The notes: generated by a model from the sequence alone, not told the origin. Shown: positions 38,841 to 49,475, counted from the stretch's first letter. The stretch is 64,000 nucleotides of DNA from an uncultured delta proteobacterium (GCA_963705165.1 CAVPJD010000007.1:19194-83193), one strand, 5' to 3'. Program-made: numbers and translations.

Positions 38841-39230
38841 TCAAAAACAGGCACCAGGCATCAGGCATCAGGCATCAGGCAGGAATAGGGGCATACGGCT
38901 TGAATTCATTGCGTTTCTTTTTTGCCCCGACACCTGCAGCCGCTGTCTTTCTGCAGCACAAAACCGGGATTGGAGAGAGAAAAATATGGGGGCTCGGGCA
39001 ATTATTGCCTGCCGCTCGCCGACGGGCCCGATAAAAAATGCCCGTCGGTGGGATTCGGGATTCCGGTATAGGGACTGGAGACAATACAAAAGAGGAAACA
39101 AAAGAAATGAAAAGAAAAAGGGGGATCGATCGTCCGATGGACTGACCGTCCCCCATGCAAATCGAATATTTTTCTCTGATCCTGAAGCCTGTTGCCTGCT
39201 GCCTGCTGCCTGTAGCCTGCTGCGAAGCAG

Positions 39231-39833
39231 CTAGTTTGCGGGTTCCGCCTTGTTCGGAGCGGACGTGATCTCCTTGGCGATCTCCGCGGCCCGCTGTGCG
39301 CCGATGTGCCCCCAGATCGCTCCCGCCTTCTTGCTCTTCATGTTCATGATGATCCCGGCGGCAAGCTTCTTGTCCATCTTCTCCAGCATGGGGCCTGCCT
39401 GGGCGGGCGCCGTGGCCTCAAAGACGGTGGCAAGATCCCTGAGCCGCTTGTCCTCGGCTGATTTCACGGTATCGAGCATGCCCGAGAGCCTGTCCTCGAG
39501 GCCCTTGAGGGCGTCGATCTTGGTGACGATCTCGCCTTTGAGTACCTGAAGCTTCTTCTCCTCCTCCTTGATCGCGCTCTCGCGGCTCTCGAGCTGCTTC
39601 TCCTTTGCGGCAAGCGAGGCGAGCAGCTTGCGCTCCTTCGCCAATGCGTCATCGCCCGCCTCGCGCGCAGGCGCCGCCTCCGGAGCCTTCTGGGACACGT
39701 TTGCGATGGCGTGGCTGGGATCGAAGACGGAGGCATCGGGCATCATCTTCTGCAGGACTCCGCCTGCCGCCGCGATCTTGATGACGATCAGCAGGACAAC
39801 CAGGATTTCACAGATTAAGATCAGTCTTTTCAT
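39231..39833 (-). CDS. MotE/FlbB/YlxF-family flagellar protein (coiled coil plus MgtE-N-like domain)
   Basis: TM helix, coiled coil, LATVFEA..AGPMLEKMD..IIMNMKSKKAGAI; follows fliJ. Confidence 0.75.
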   Translation of the reverse strand: MKRLILICEILVVLLIVIKIAAAGGVLQKMMPDASVFDPSHAIANVSQKAPEAAPAREAGDDALAKERKLLASLAAKEKQLESRESAIKEEEKKLQVLKGEIVTKIDALKGLEDRLSGMLDTVKSAEDKRLRDLATVFEATAPAQAGPMLEKMDKKLAAGIIMNMKSKKAGAIWGHIGAQRAAEIAKEITSAPNKAEPAN

Positions 39834-40272
39834 CGCCGGACCTCTTCAGAAACCGGATAATTCCCTGTTCGTTCAGTTCCACGGACTCCCTGTGGTTCCA
39901 CTCTTTCCAGTACTGTGCGAGCTTCTTCTGTCTGAGGATCTCCATGATCTTGCGCCTCTTCACGGCCTCCAGGAGTTCCTCCCTCTTCACCTCGAGGGCC
40001 TTTTCCCCGTCCGAGACCAGGACCACCTGGGCCACCTCACGCTCCCGGAGGCTCTTGATATAGCCGAACGTGAGGGCAATCTCGGCGGCATTGAGGTTTC
40101 CGGCCTGCCGGCGCATCAATTCCGCCAGCACGCCCGCCTTCTCGCCGCGGATCGACCGGAGGTGCTCCTTCTCCCGCTCGAGACCCCGCATCTGCTCGGA
40201 AAATTCCTGCATGACCTGCTCTTCTGCAAGCTTGCGGACATTCAGGATCTGTTCAAAGCGGAACCGGAACAT
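39808..40272 (-). CDS. fliJ: FliJ
   Basis: FRFRFEQILNVRK..E; coiled coil; follows fliI. Confidence 0.9.
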   Translation of the reverse strand: MFRFRFEQILNVRKLAEEQVMQEFSEQMRGLEREKEHLRSIRGEKAGVLAELMRRQAGNLNAAEIALTFGYIKSLREREVAQVVLVSDGEKALEVKREELLEAVKRRKIMEILRQKKLAQYWKEWNHRESVELNEQGIIRFLKRSGDEKTDLNL

Positions 40273-40406
40273 TTTCTTTCAACCTCATGCCGAAGGGTAA
40301 AAACGGGAAAATTCCCCTTCCACTCCGCTCTTCTGCTCTTCCGCTCTTCCTCACTTCATGAACGAAAGGGCAATCAACGTCATTGCGGCCACAGCCTTTC
40401 GGGGTC

Positions 40407-41723
40407 TCACTGGAAGAGCGCCATCAGCTGCCTGCGACTCTCTTCAAAGCTCACTTTCTCGTTCATGTCCTGCCTCAGATAAGCATTGACCCGGTCGATC
40501 ATCTTGAGGGCGTGATCGATTTCGGGGTTGCTTCCCGCCACATAGGCGCCGATGTTGATGAGGTCCTCGGCTTTCCGGTAGGTGGCGATGATGTTCATCA
40601 GATCATTGGCGCGCTTGCGCTGCTCGCCGTTGACGATGTCGATCATGACGCGGCTCACGCTCTCGAGAACGTCCACGGCCGGATAGTGGTTCTTCGCGGC
40701 GATCGAGCGCGACAGCGCAATGTGTCCGTCCAGAATGGATCGCGCCGCATCGGCGATCGGCTCGTTGAAGTCGTCGCCCTCGACCAGCACGGTGTAGAGC
40801 CCCGTGATGCTTCCCTTGCCCTCAACGGGTCCCGTTCTCTCCAGCAGCTTCGGCAGGAGACTGAAGACGGATGGGGTATAGCCTTTTGTGGTCGGCGGCT
40901 CGCCCACGGACAGACCGACCTCCCGCTGGGCCATGGCAAAGCGGGTGAGCGAATCCACCATGAGCAGGACGTCGCTGCCCTGATCCCGGAAATACTCGGC
41001 CACGGAGGTCGCCGCGTAGGCGGCCCGCATCCGGATCAGCGGGTGCCTATCCGAGGTGGCCACGATGACAACGGAGCGCCGGAGGCCCTCGGGGCCCAGG
41101 TTTTTCTCGACAAACTCGCGGACCTCGCGTCCGCGCTCGCCGATGAGCCCGATGACGTTCACATCGGCCTTCGTGTAGCGGGCGATCATGCCCATGAGAA
41201 TGCTTTTCCCCACGCCGGAGCCGGAGAAAATGCCCATCTTCTGGCCCTTGCCGCAGGACAGCAGTCCGTTGAGGACACGGATGCCGAGATCCATGGGCTC
41301 CTCGATCCGGCCTCTCTGCAGGGGGTTGATCGGCTCGGCGTAGAGCGTGTATTCATCCTCGAGATCGATAGGGCCCTTGCCGTCGATCGGGTTGCCGAGG
41401 CCGTCGATGACCCGGCCGAGAAGTTTCTTCCCCACGGCAATCGAGGCTTTTCGCCCGAGGGAGACGATCTTGCAGCCCGGCCCCACGCCCTGGAGGTTGT
41501 CCAGCGGCATCAGGAGGACCTTCCCCTTGCGGAACCCCACCACCTCGGCACGGAGCGTTTCGCAGGCTCCGCCATTGGCGAAGATGTTGCACATCTCGCC
41601 CACGGAACTCGCCGGTCCGTGACCCTCGACCATAAGGCCGATGATCTCGCTCACCTTCCCGTTCACCTTGATCGGGTTGATCTGGTCGAGAATCCGTTGG
41701 TAGCGGTTGAAATCTAATGTCAT
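40407..41723 (-). CDS. fliI: Flagellar export ATPase FliI
   Basis: GSGVGKS, LIGERGREV, DSLTRFAMAQRE, GEPPTTKGYTPS. Confidence 0.97.
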   Translation of the reverse strand: MTLDFNRYQRILDQINPIKVNGKVSEIIGLMVEGHGPASSVGEMCNIFANGGACETLRAEVVGFRKGKVLLMPLDNLQGVGPGCKIVSLGRKASIAVGKKLLGRVIDGLGNPIDGKGPIDLEDEYTLYAEPINPLQRGRIEEPMDLGIRVLNGLLSCGKGQKMGIFSGSGVGKSILMGMIARYTKADVNVIGLIGERGREVREFVEKNLGPEGLRRSVVIVATSDRHPLIRMRAAYAATSVAEYFRDQGSDVLLMVDSLTRFAMAQREVGLSVGEPPTTKGYTPSVFSLLPKLLERTGPVEGKGSITGLYTVLVEGDDFNEPIADAARSILDGHIALSRSIAAKNHYPAVDVLESVSRVMIDIVNGEQRKRANDLMNIIATYRKAEDLINIGAYVAGSNPEIDHALKMIDRVNAYLRQDMNEKVSFEESRRQLMALFQ

Positions 41724-41875
41724 GCTGGTCTATTCCGGTCTGTTCGGTCTATTCCGTCTGTTCCGTCTTGCCGCGCAGCGGCATTTAAAAGCCTACAGCC
41801 TGCAGTTCTACAGCCGACAGAAAGACCTGTTACCTGTTGGCTGTTGGCTGTACCTGCTGCCTGACGACTCCGTCG

Positions 41876-42559
41876 TCAGGCCTTCTGCGTGCCTTCCTTG
41901 AATGCCTTCAGGATCTCCTCGAGCTGCTGCTCGATGGTGGCGTCGATCTCTCCGAAAGCGGTCTCGATGACAGCGCCGCCGGGACCGATGGCCTCGTCGG
42001 CCTCGAGCGCAATCGACCGGATCCCTTCGAAACCGGCGATGAGGGCCGGGGTCAGTTTCGACATCCGTTCATGGTCGAGCGGGTTCAGGCGGATCTTGAT
42101 CCGGTCGCGGTCCAGCACGTTTTTGACGGCCTCGCGCAGCACGCTGAGGATCACATCGCGGTCCGTCGCCACTTCCTGGCGGATCACCTTTCGGGCCACG
42201 GCGATCACAAGCTTGAGCACCCTCGCTTCGCCGCGCTCCAGGATGCTGCGGCGGATGTTCTCCACCTCGAGAAGCAGCTTCTTCAGGGCCTCCGCCAGGG
42301 CAGCCAGCTCCTCCACCTTCTTCTCGGTTCCCTTGCGATACCCCTCGGCATGGCCCCGCTCATAGGCATGCTTCACGGCGACGCCGATCTTCTTTTCCGA
42401 CTCGAGAAGGATCTCCTCGATGCGGGAGCGCCGCGGGGCAGCACCCTGGGAAAGATTCTCGCACCCGAAGTCGGCCGGCATGAAACGCGGCTTTTCCGTT
42501 GCGGGGCCGTCGACGACCTTGACGTTCCTGGACTTGATGACCCGATTAGATGAAGGCAT
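41876..42559 (-). CDS. fliH: FliH
   Basis: AYERGHAEGYRKG GxxxG repeats; IRLNP; GGAVIETAFGEIDA. Confidence 0.92.
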   Translation of the reverse strand: MPSSNRVIKSRNVKVVDGPATEKPRFMPADFGCENLSQGAAPRRSRIEEILLESEKKIGVAVKHAYERGHAEGYRKGTEKKVEELAALAEALKKLLLEVENIRRSILERGEARVLKLVIAVARKVIRQEVATDRDVILSVLREAVKNVLDRDRIKIRLNPLDHERMSKLTPALIAGFEGIRSIALEADEAIGPGGAVIETAFGEIDATIEQQLEEILKAFKEGTQKA

Positions 42560-43544
42560 CGCCATCCTCGCGTGACAGCTGAATCCTGCCTTCCGCCTCG
42601 AGCCGCTTGCACACGTCCAGGATGGCCCGCTGGGCCTTCTCCACATCGGAGAGCCGGATGGGCGGCATCATTTCGATGTCTTCCTTCAGCATGTCGGCGC
42701 CGCGCTTGGACATGTTCTTGAACACCTTCTCGCGGCCCTCCGCGACGACGACCTTGAGGGCCTTGGAGAGGTCCTCGCTCGAGACCTCCCGCAGGAGTTC
42801 CTGGATGCTGCGGTCGTCGAGCTTCAGAATGTCGTCGAAGGTGAACATCAGGCCGCGGATCTCTGCGGCCAGCTCCGGGTCCGAACCGTCGAGCGAGGAA
42901 ATGATCGCGCTTTCACTCGTGCGGTTCATGCGGTTGAGAATTTCCGCCATGAGCCCCACGCCGCCGATCTCCCTCTCGCTGGCCGCGCCGGAGATGAGTT
43001 CGCTTTCGAGGGTCTGGGCCACGTCCTCGATCAGGTCCGTGGGCACGCTCTTGAGGCTCGACATCCTCCGGACGATCTCGATCTGCATCTCCGGGCCGAG
43101 GGATTCCATGATCTCGGCGGCCTGTTCGGGCCGCAGGTGGGCCAGGATGAGCGCGATGGTCTGGGGGTGCTCCATCTTCGTAAAGTCTTTCAGCAGCCGC
43201 GGGTCGATGTCCCGGAGCTTCTCGAAGATGGGGTTCTCGCTGAACTTGTCCTTCTCGCCCTCGAGGGCCGTCAGGATGCTTCCCGCCTGCTCGGCCCCCA
43301 GGGCCCTCAGGACGATGTTCTTCGCCACGTCCTCCTTGACGGAAAGGATCCCGCCCTTTTCCTTGGCGAGCTCACAAAACTCCTTGGCCACCTCCTGGAT
43401 ATCACTGGCCGAGATGCTCGTGATCCGGCTCATGTACTTGCTGATGCGGCGGACCTCGGCGGACCGGAGGTTTTTCATGACCTCCGCCGCATGTTCCTCG
43501 TCGAGCGAGAGCAGAAGGATGGCTGCTTTTTCATCACTGTTCAT
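42546..43544 (-). CDS. fliG: FliG
   Basis: EKAAILLL, EHPQTIALIL, GGV, MFTFDD, NMSKRGA. Confidence 0.96.
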   Translation of the reverse strand: MNSDEKAAILLLSLDEEHAAEVMKNLRSAEVRRISKYMSRITSISASDIQEVAKEFCELAKEKGGILSVKEDVAKNIVLRALGAEQAGSILTALEGEKDKFSENPIFEKLRDIDPRLLKDFTKMEHPQTIALILAHLRPEQAAEIMESLGPEMQIEIVRRMSSLKSVPTDLIEDVAQTLESELISGAASEREIGGVGLMAEILNRMNRTSESAIISSLDGSDPELAAEIRGLMFTFDDILKLDDRSIQELLREVSSEDLSKALKVVVAEGREKVFKNMSKRGADMLKEDIEMMPPIRLSDVEKAQRAILDVCKRLEAEGRIQLSREDGDAFI

Positions 43545-43650
43545 TCTGAAATCCGGGCATAAGGCGTAAGGCTAAAGGCATAAGGCAATTTGGAATAAGA
43601 ATTCTTCCTCTTTACCCTAAGCCATAAGCCGTAAGCCCTGAGCCTTCTGT

Positions 43651-45228
43651 TTATTTGATCCAATTTCGCAGGAGTTCGGCAAAGCGCTTGGAATCCGCCG
43701 ATGCCATGTGCCGCACGATGTCGGTCTCCGTCAGTTCGCGGGACTGCTGATGGGAGCCGAGGGAGAGCGTCACCCCGTCGCCGCCTTTGAGCGCGCCCGC
43801 GCCGGCGGGCACTTCCCGGACGGATACCGCCACCTCCCGCCCCCGCTCTGCGAGCATGCGGACGAGCGGCTTCGCGACGAAGAGTGCCACCAGGGCGATC
43901 ACAACCAGCATCACGAGATACCGGACAAGCGGCATGAAGGGCATGAACTTGTCCAGCCAGGACTTTTCCGCCGTCTCCGCTCCCAAATCCACTTTCTTGA
44001 AGGGCACGTTGGATACGACGACCTGGTCACCCCGCTTGGTGTCGAAGCCGGCGGACTTCTTGACGAGGTCTTCCAGGGCCGTCAGCTCCTTCTCGGGCCG
44101 CGGCTGGTATTCCTCGACGCCCTTGTCGCTCTTCACGTAGTTGCCGTCGATGAGGACGGCGATGGAGAGCTTTTTCACGTCGCCCACGGGCATGACGGTC
44201 TTGTTGACCGTACGGCTGATCTCGTAGTTGATCGTCTCATCGGTCTTCTCGCGGTTTGACCCTGCAAGCCGCGGCGGCGCTGCCGCCTGCCGTGCCGTCG
44301 TCGCGACGGAGCTTTCGCCCGCCCCGCCCGAGGTGGCGCCCGATTTTTCCTGCGAACGCTGGACGCTGCGGATGGCGGGCTCCTCGGAGTCGTACTTCTC
44401 CTCCGTTTTCTCCATGACCCGGAAGTCCAGGTCGGTGGAGATCCGCACGACGGCCTTCCCCTCGCCGACGACCTTCTCCAGCATGGAGGTGATGCGGCTC
44501 GTGAGGTCCTTCTCGACGTTCTTCTTGTACTCGATCTGCGAGTTGGACAGCTGGGCCATATCGCCCCCCTCGGTGACCTTCGAGAGGACCTTCCCGCTCG
44601 AGTCGACGATCATCACGTCGCGGGGGCTCATCCCCTCGATGGAGCTCGACACGAGGTGCGCGATGCCGTTGATCTGCGGTTCGCTGAGGGTTCGCCCGCT
44701 TTTGAACTTCACGATGACGCTGGCCGTGGGCTTTTTCTGGTCCTCCGAAAAGAGGGACTTCTTCGGGATCGCGAGGTGGACGCGGCTCTGCTGGATCTCG
44801 TCGAGGCTGTTGATCGTCCGGGTGAGTTCCCCCTGGAGGGCGCGCTGGTAGTTGAGCTGCTGGACGAACTCGGTCACGCCGAGGTTCTTCGCGTCGAAGA
44901 TCTCGAACCCGACGCCGCCGCCCTTGGGAAGACCGGCGGCGGCCAGTTCCAGCCGCAGCTCCGACACCTTTTCGGAAGGCACCGAGATCATGTCCCCTGT
45001 GGGCGAAAGCTGGTAGGGGATCTTCTTCTCCTGGAGCCGCGCCGTGATCTGACCGGCATCCTCGGTGGAGAGGTTCGTGTAGAGAACCTTGTAATCGGGC
45101 TGGTTGATGAATACGACGGCAAGGGCGATGCTCAGAAGCGTGATGCCCGCCGCCGCGAGGATGGTGAGTTTTCGGGACGCAGGAAGGGACTCAAACCCCT
45201 TCCACATCTGCGAGAAAAGCTGACCCAT
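43651..45228 (-). CDS. fliF: MS-ring protein FliF
   Basis: GVGFEIFD..YQRALQGELTRTI..RVHLAIP; two TM helices. Confidence 0.96.
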   Translation of the reverse strand: MGQLFSQMWKGFESLPASRKLTILAAAGITLLSIALAVVFINQPDYKVLYTNLSTEDAGQITARLQEKKIPYQLSPTGDMISVPSEKVSELRLELAAAGLPKGGGVGFEIFDAKNLGVTEFVQQLNYQRALQGELTRTINSLDEIQQSRVHLAIPKKSLFSEDQKKPTASVIVKFKSGRTLSEPQINGIAHLVSSSIEGMSPRDVMIVDSSGKVLSKVTEGGDMAQLSNSQIEYKKNVEKDLTSRITSMLEKVVGEGKAVVRISTDLDFRVMEKTEEKYDSEEPAIRSVQRSQEKSGATSGGAGESSVATTARQAAAPPRLAGSNREKTDETINYEISRTVNKTVMPVGDVKKLSIAVLIDGNYVKSDKGVEEYQPRPEKELTALEDLVKKSAGFDTKRGDQVVVSNVPFKKVDLGAETAEKSWLDKFMPFMPLVRYLVMLVVIALVALFVAKPLVRMLAERGREVAVSVREVPAGAGALKGGDGVTLSLGSHQQSRELTETDIVRHMASADSKRFAELLRNWIK

Positions 45229-45345
45229 GGATTTTCTATCCCTCTATCCTTCAGGAGAATTTCAGTATCCGTCATCGGAGCGCCGTGACCATCGTCGAGA
45301 GAGGAGCCGGAGTCGCCGCAGATGACAGAGGGCAGAGATCCGAAA

Positions 45346-45651
45346 TCAGACCTGCATCCTCATGACTTCCTGGTAGGCTTCCAGGATCTTGTTTCGGACC
45401 TGCATCATGGCCCTGAACGAGATGTCGGCCTTCTCGATGGCGATCATGGCCTCGTGAATATTTCCGGACTGGCCGAGCTGTACGCTCGTGATGGCCTTGT
45501 CGGCGTTATTCTGAAGCTGACTGATCTCGGTGACGGCCTGTTTCAGCATCTCCCCGAAGGCCCCCTGGGAATTGCCGGGAGCCTTCCCCGCGGGCTGGAT
45601 GGCCTTGGCGGGGATCTGCAAGGCATCGTTTCGCGTCGTTACCCTGTTCAT
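45346..45651 (-). CDS. fliE: FliE
   Basis: QVRNKILEAYQEVMRMQV. Confidence 0.96.
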   Translation of the reverse strand: MNRVTTRNDALQIPAKAIQPAGKAPGNSQGAFGEMLKQAVTEISQLQNNADKAITSVQLGQSGNIHEAMIAIEKADISFRAMMQVRNKILEAYQEVMRMQV

Positions 45652-45710
45652 GCGTTATGCTCCTTCACCGGCCGGCAGGATCCAATGAACAACCGGCCGT
45701 CCGTTCACTG

Positions 45711-46136
45711 TTACTTGCCGATGTCGAGTGCCTTGAGGGCCATGTTCTTCGTGGCATCCAGTGCGGTCACACAGGCCTCGTAGGCCCGGTTGACCGTGAT
45801 CATGTCGGCCATCTCCGTCACCACGTTCACATTGGGGTAGGTGACGAAACCCTGCTCGTCGGCGTTGGGGTGCGTCGGGTCATGGACCTTCTTCAGGCCT
45901 TCGGCATCCTCGATGACCTCCTGCACCTTCACCTGGGAGAGGGCATCCTTCAGGGCGGATCCGAACCTGCTGTTCACGGGCTCCGCCGACAGGACGGCGA
46001 CCTTTCTCTTGTAGGGCCCCCCCTCGGGGGTCTGGATCGTGCTCGCGTTGGCGATGTTGCTGACGATGACGTCCATCTTCTGTCTCTGGGCCGAAAGCCC
46101 CGACGAGCAGATATCAAAAGAGGTGATGAAATTCAT
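45711..46136 (-). CDS. flgC: FlgC
   Basis: SGLSAQR..NIANA..GGPYKRK..DPTHPNAD..PNVN. Confidence 0.96.
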   Translation of the reverse strand: MNFITSFDICSSGLSAQRQKMDVIVSNIANASTIQTPEGGPYKRKVAVLSAEPVNSRFGSALKDALSQVKVQEVIEDAEGLKKVHDPTHPNADEQGFVTYPNVNVVTEMADMITVNRAYEACVTALDATKNMALKALDIGK

Positions 46137-46507
46137 TACCTACCCTCCCGGATGACATTCTGGAGTCCCCTGAACTTGCGCGCCAGCATCTCGACGGCGG
46201 CGTTGTGCATGAGATGGTTTTCGGCAATCGAAACCATCTCGCGGTCCATGTCCACCTTGTCGCCCGTTTTCGTGACGGAGAGGTTTCCTCCCGGGGTTGC
46301 CGCAGGCAAATGTTTCCCGTTCGTCCGGGCCATGCGGATGCCCTTGCCCTGCATCGAGGCGATCAGGTTCTCAAAATCGACATCCTTCGGCTCGTATCCC
46401 GGGGTGTCGATGTTGGACACATTCGACGCCAGGACCTGGTGCCTCTGCGAGCGGGCGCCGACGAGATCCGAAAGCACACCGATGGTTTTGCTGAAAAGGC
46501 CGTTCAT
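46136..46507 (-). CDS. flgB: FlgB
   Basis: LASNVSNIDTPGYEPKDVDF..VDMDREM. Confidence 0.94.
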   Translation of the reverse strand: MNGLFSKTIGVLSDLVGARSQRHQVLASNVSNIDTPGYEPKDVDFENLIASMQGKGIRMARTNGKHLPAATPGGNLSVTKTGDKVDMDREMVSIAENHLMHNAAVEMLARKFRGLQNVIREGR

Positions 46508-46546
46508 GCTGACTTTTCTCCGCACAAAGAATCTACGGAGATGTGT

Positions 46547-46562
46547 TGCAAGGCATGTGCCA
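46547..46562 (-). promoter_or_regulatory. Sigma54 promoter of flgBC-fliEFGHIJ
   Basis: Minus strand TGGCACATGCCTTGCA. Confidence 0.9.
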
Positions 46563-46691
46563 ACGAAAAGTGCAGGAAGAAACAGATAGATAGGCCATTT
46601 TGGGACAGCGACTCAGGCCGCGGAGCGGCATCCTGAAGCCGACAGTCGACAGCCTACAGCCGACAGCAGGAAAAAAGTATACAGGAGGAAT

Positions 46692-46749
46692 CTGTTGGCT
46701 GTTGGCTGTTGGCTGTTGGCTGTTGGCTGTTGGCTGTTGGCTGTCGGCT
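46692..46749. repeat. Heptamer tandem repeat (CTGTTGG) x about 8, with inverted partner (CAGCCNA) at 46635-46668
   Basis: Directly visible in the sequence. Confidence 0.95.
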
Positions 46750-48166
46750 ATCTCTCCAACTCCAGCGTGCCCTGCTCGAGTTTGTATTCATTGAGCTTGT
46801 TGCGCATGGTCCGCACGCTGATCCCAAGGATCTCGGAGGCCTTCGTCTTGTTGCCCTTGACCTGCTTCAGGGTGCTGAAGATGAGATTCTTCTCCATGCC
46901 CCTGAGCGTGGCGGGCGCGTCGGCCGGAAGCGGCGCAGGTGCTCCCCCGGGGCTGACAGGATCGACGGCGGCGGTCTCGTCGCCGTCGAGGGCAAGGTGC
47001 CCCGGCAGCAGCGCATTGCCCTGGCAGACGAGGACGGCGCGCTCGATCACATTTTCCAGCTCGCGCACATTGCCGGGCCAGGGGTAGGCGACAAGGGCCG
47101 CCAGGGTCTCACCGGGCAGGGACGGCTTTCGCTTTCCGTTTTCCGCCGCGTATTTCGCGAGGAAATGCTCCGCCAGGATGGAGATATCCCCTTTTCGCTC
47201 CCTGAGCGGCGGGATGCGGACGGGGATCACGTTCAAGCGGTAATAGAGGTCCTCGCGGAATTTCTTTTCCTGGATGCACTTTTTCAGATCTGAATTGGTC
47301 GTCGCGACAATCCGTGCATCGACGGGGATGGGGTCTTTCCCGCCCAGGCGGTCGATTTCCGACTCCTGGATCACCCTCAGAAGTTTGGCCTGGAGCGGCA
47401 TGTCCATCTCGCTCACTTCGTCGAGCAGCAGCGTCCCCCGGTCGGCCAGCTCGAATTTGCCGATCCGCCGCTGGGCGGCACCGGTGAAGGCTCCCTTCTC
47501 GAAGCCGAACATCTCGCTCTCGAGCAGCGTGTGGGGGATGGCCGCGCAGTTGACGGCCACGAAGGGCTGGCTTCTCCGCGGGCTGTGCTGATGGATGAAC
47601 CGGGCCAGCAGTTCCTTTCCCGTGCCGCTCTCGCCCGAGATGAGAACGCTCGATCGGCTCTTGGCGATGTTCTTCAGGAATTCGAGAAGCTCGGCCATCC
47701 GGGGATCGGCCGTCACGATCTGTCGCTGTGCCAGCCGGGACGTCCCGGGCGCCTCGTGGTCCGTTTCCCGGCATTCGGGCTCCGCGCCCCGTTCGAGGAC
47801 GTTTTTCACTACCATCTCGAGGTCGTCGAGCGAAAAGGGCTTCATGATGAAATCCGTGGCGCCCTTTCGCATGGCCTCGACGGCCGTGTTCACCGTACCG
47901 TAGGCCGTGATGACGATGACAGGGGTCTCGGGGGCGAGATCCTTCACGCCTTTCAGCAGATCGAGCCCGCCCATCTTGGGCATCCGGATGTCGGTGATGA
48001 CCATCTCATAGGCGCCTCTCCGGAACTTGCCCAGTGCGTCGACGCCGTCGATGGCCGTCTCCACGGTATACCCGCAGCTCACGAGACAATCCATCAGGGA
48101 CGTCCGCATGTAGGGGTCGTCATCGACGACGAGGATGGGTCTGCGTTTCGAGCTTGCTTCCGTCAT
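46748..48166 (-). CDS. Sigma54-dependent response regulator (FleR/FlrC-like)
   Basis: REC domain, GESGTGKE, GAFTGA, WPGNVRELEN, Fis-type HTH; paired with a histidine kinase. Confidence 0.9.
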   Translation of the reverse strand: MTEASSKRRPILVVDDDPYMRTSLMDCLVSCGYTVETAIDGVDALGKFRRGAYEMVITDIRMPKMGGLDLLKGVKDLAPETPVIVITAYGTVNTAVEAMRKGATDFIMKPFSLDDLEMVVKNVLERGAEPECRETDHEAPGTSRLAQRQIVTADPRMAELLEFLKNIAKSRSSVLISGESGTGKELLARFIHQHSPRRSQPFVAVNCAAIPHTLLESEMFGFEKGAFTGAAQRRIGKFELADRGTLLLDEVSEMDMPLQAKLLRVIQESEIDRLGGKDPIPVDARIVATTNSDLKKCIQEKKFREDLYYRLNVIPVRIPPLRERKGDISILAEHFLAKYAAENGKRKPSLPGETLAALVAYPWPGNVRELENVIERAVLVCQGNALLPGHLALDGDETAAVDPVSPGGAPAPLPADAPATLRGMEKNLIFSTLKQVKGNKTKASEILGISVRTMRNKLNEYKLEQGTLELER

Positions 48167-48207
48167 GTCTGTTCTTACCCTCTTACCCTCTCACCCTCTC
48201 ACCTTCT

Positions 48208-49470
48208 TCATTCAGGTTCCAAAAGCGGCAGCAGCACGGTAAACACGCTCCCGCCCTTCTCGCCCATTTCCACGCCGATGCTCCCGCGGTGCAGATCCAT
48301 GATGTTGTGCACGATGGCGAGCCCCAGGCCGCTGCCCCCTTCCCTCGTGCTGAAGAAGGGGTCGAAGATCCGCCTGCGATCCTCCTCGGCAATCCCTGAG
48401 CCCGTGTCGGCAAAGCGAAGCTCGATGCTCCGTTCCATGCCCGGCCTCAGCGCCGGGTCGTTGTGCAGGCGGGTCTCGATGGTGAGCTCGCCGCCGCCCC
48501 GCATGGCCTGGACGGCATTGAGGATGATGTTGAGGAACACCTGCTTCAAAAGCTCCCCGTCGGCCCGCACGAGCGGGTCTGCACCTGCCAGACGCACGAT
48601 CAGCCGGATTCCCTCCTTGTCCAGGATCTCCACGGAAAACCGGATGATGTCCTGAAGGACGTCGTGGATCCGCTGATCCCGGAAAAGGGGCTCCGGCTTT
48701 CGGGTGAACAGCAGCAGGTTCGCGATCTTGTTGTCGACGCTCTTCACGGAGTGGATGATCCGCGCGGCCCGGTCCCGGTTCTTCTCGTCGGCAAGGCCCT
48801 TGAGGAGAAGCGAGGCCGACAGCGAAATGCTTCCCAGGGGGTTGCGGACTTCGTGGGCGATGTTGGCCGCCATCTCGCCGAGGGCGGCAAATTTTTCTGT
48901 GCGTTTGGCCATCTCCTCGAGCTTCTCGACGCGGGTCACGTCGAGCAGGATGTGGACCGTCCCCAGGCTGTTGCCGTCCTTTGTCTTCACGGGGGACGTC
49001 AGGACCTCGAGGATGCTGTCCCCGAGGCGGATCTTGCGCTTGCCCTGCAGGTACCGGGAAGGGGCGGAGCCTGCCCGGCCCCGATCCATCTCCTCGGCTC
49101 CCCGGAAGAGATCGGCAAGCTCTCGATCTGCAGCGCCCGGTTCCATTCCGGTGATGCGCCCGGCACAGCCGTTCATCATCGTGACGCGCCCCTGAAGATC
49201 CGTCACGACGACCCCTGTCGTCAGGCTCTCCAGGATGGTTTCCAGGTAGTTGCGCATCTCGTCCTTCTCGGCAATGATGCTCTCGAGACGCCGGTTCTTC
49301 TGTTCGAGCTCGCGGTTGAGGTTCTCGAACTTGATCTCGAGATTCGAGAAGGCCTCCTGGAGTTTCATGGTGGCCGCCGTGAAGCTCTCGAAGGATTTCT
49401 GCAAGACCTCGATGTCACCGGCAGGCCGATTCCCCGGCCGGGCCTGTTTTTGTGCGTCTTCTTTCAGCAT
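48208..49470 (-). CDS. Cytoplasmic PAS histidine kinase (FleS/FlrB-like)
   Basis: PAS domain; AHEVRNPL; N, G1 (DTGSG), F and G2 (GSGLGL) boxes. Confidence 0.9.
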   Translation of the reverse strand: MLKEDAQKQARPGNRPAGDIEVLQKSFESFTAATMKLQEAFSNLEIKFENLNRELEQKNRRLESIIAEKDEMRNYLETILESLTTGVVVTDLQGRVTMMNGCAGRITGMEPGAADRELADLFRGAEEMDRGRAGSAPSRYLQGKRKIRLGDSILEVLTSPVKTKDGNSLGTVHILLDVTRVEKLEEMAKRTEKFAALGEMAANIAHEVRNPLGSISLSASLLLKGLADEKNRDRAARIIHSVKSVDNKIANLLLFTRKPEPLFRDQRIHDVLQDIIRFSVEILDKEGIRLIVRLAGADPLVRADGELLKQVFLNIILNAVQAMRGGGELTIETRLHNDPALRPGMERSIELRFADTGSGIAEEDRRRIFDPFFSTREGGSGLGLAIVHNIMDLHRGSIGVEMGEKGGSVFTVLLPLLEPE

Positions 49471-49475
49471 GTTCC

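Noticed and set aside
46635..46749. Repeat arrays as a possible CRISPR array
   Set aside because: Units are 7-9 bp in tandem with no unique spacers, and there are no cas genes
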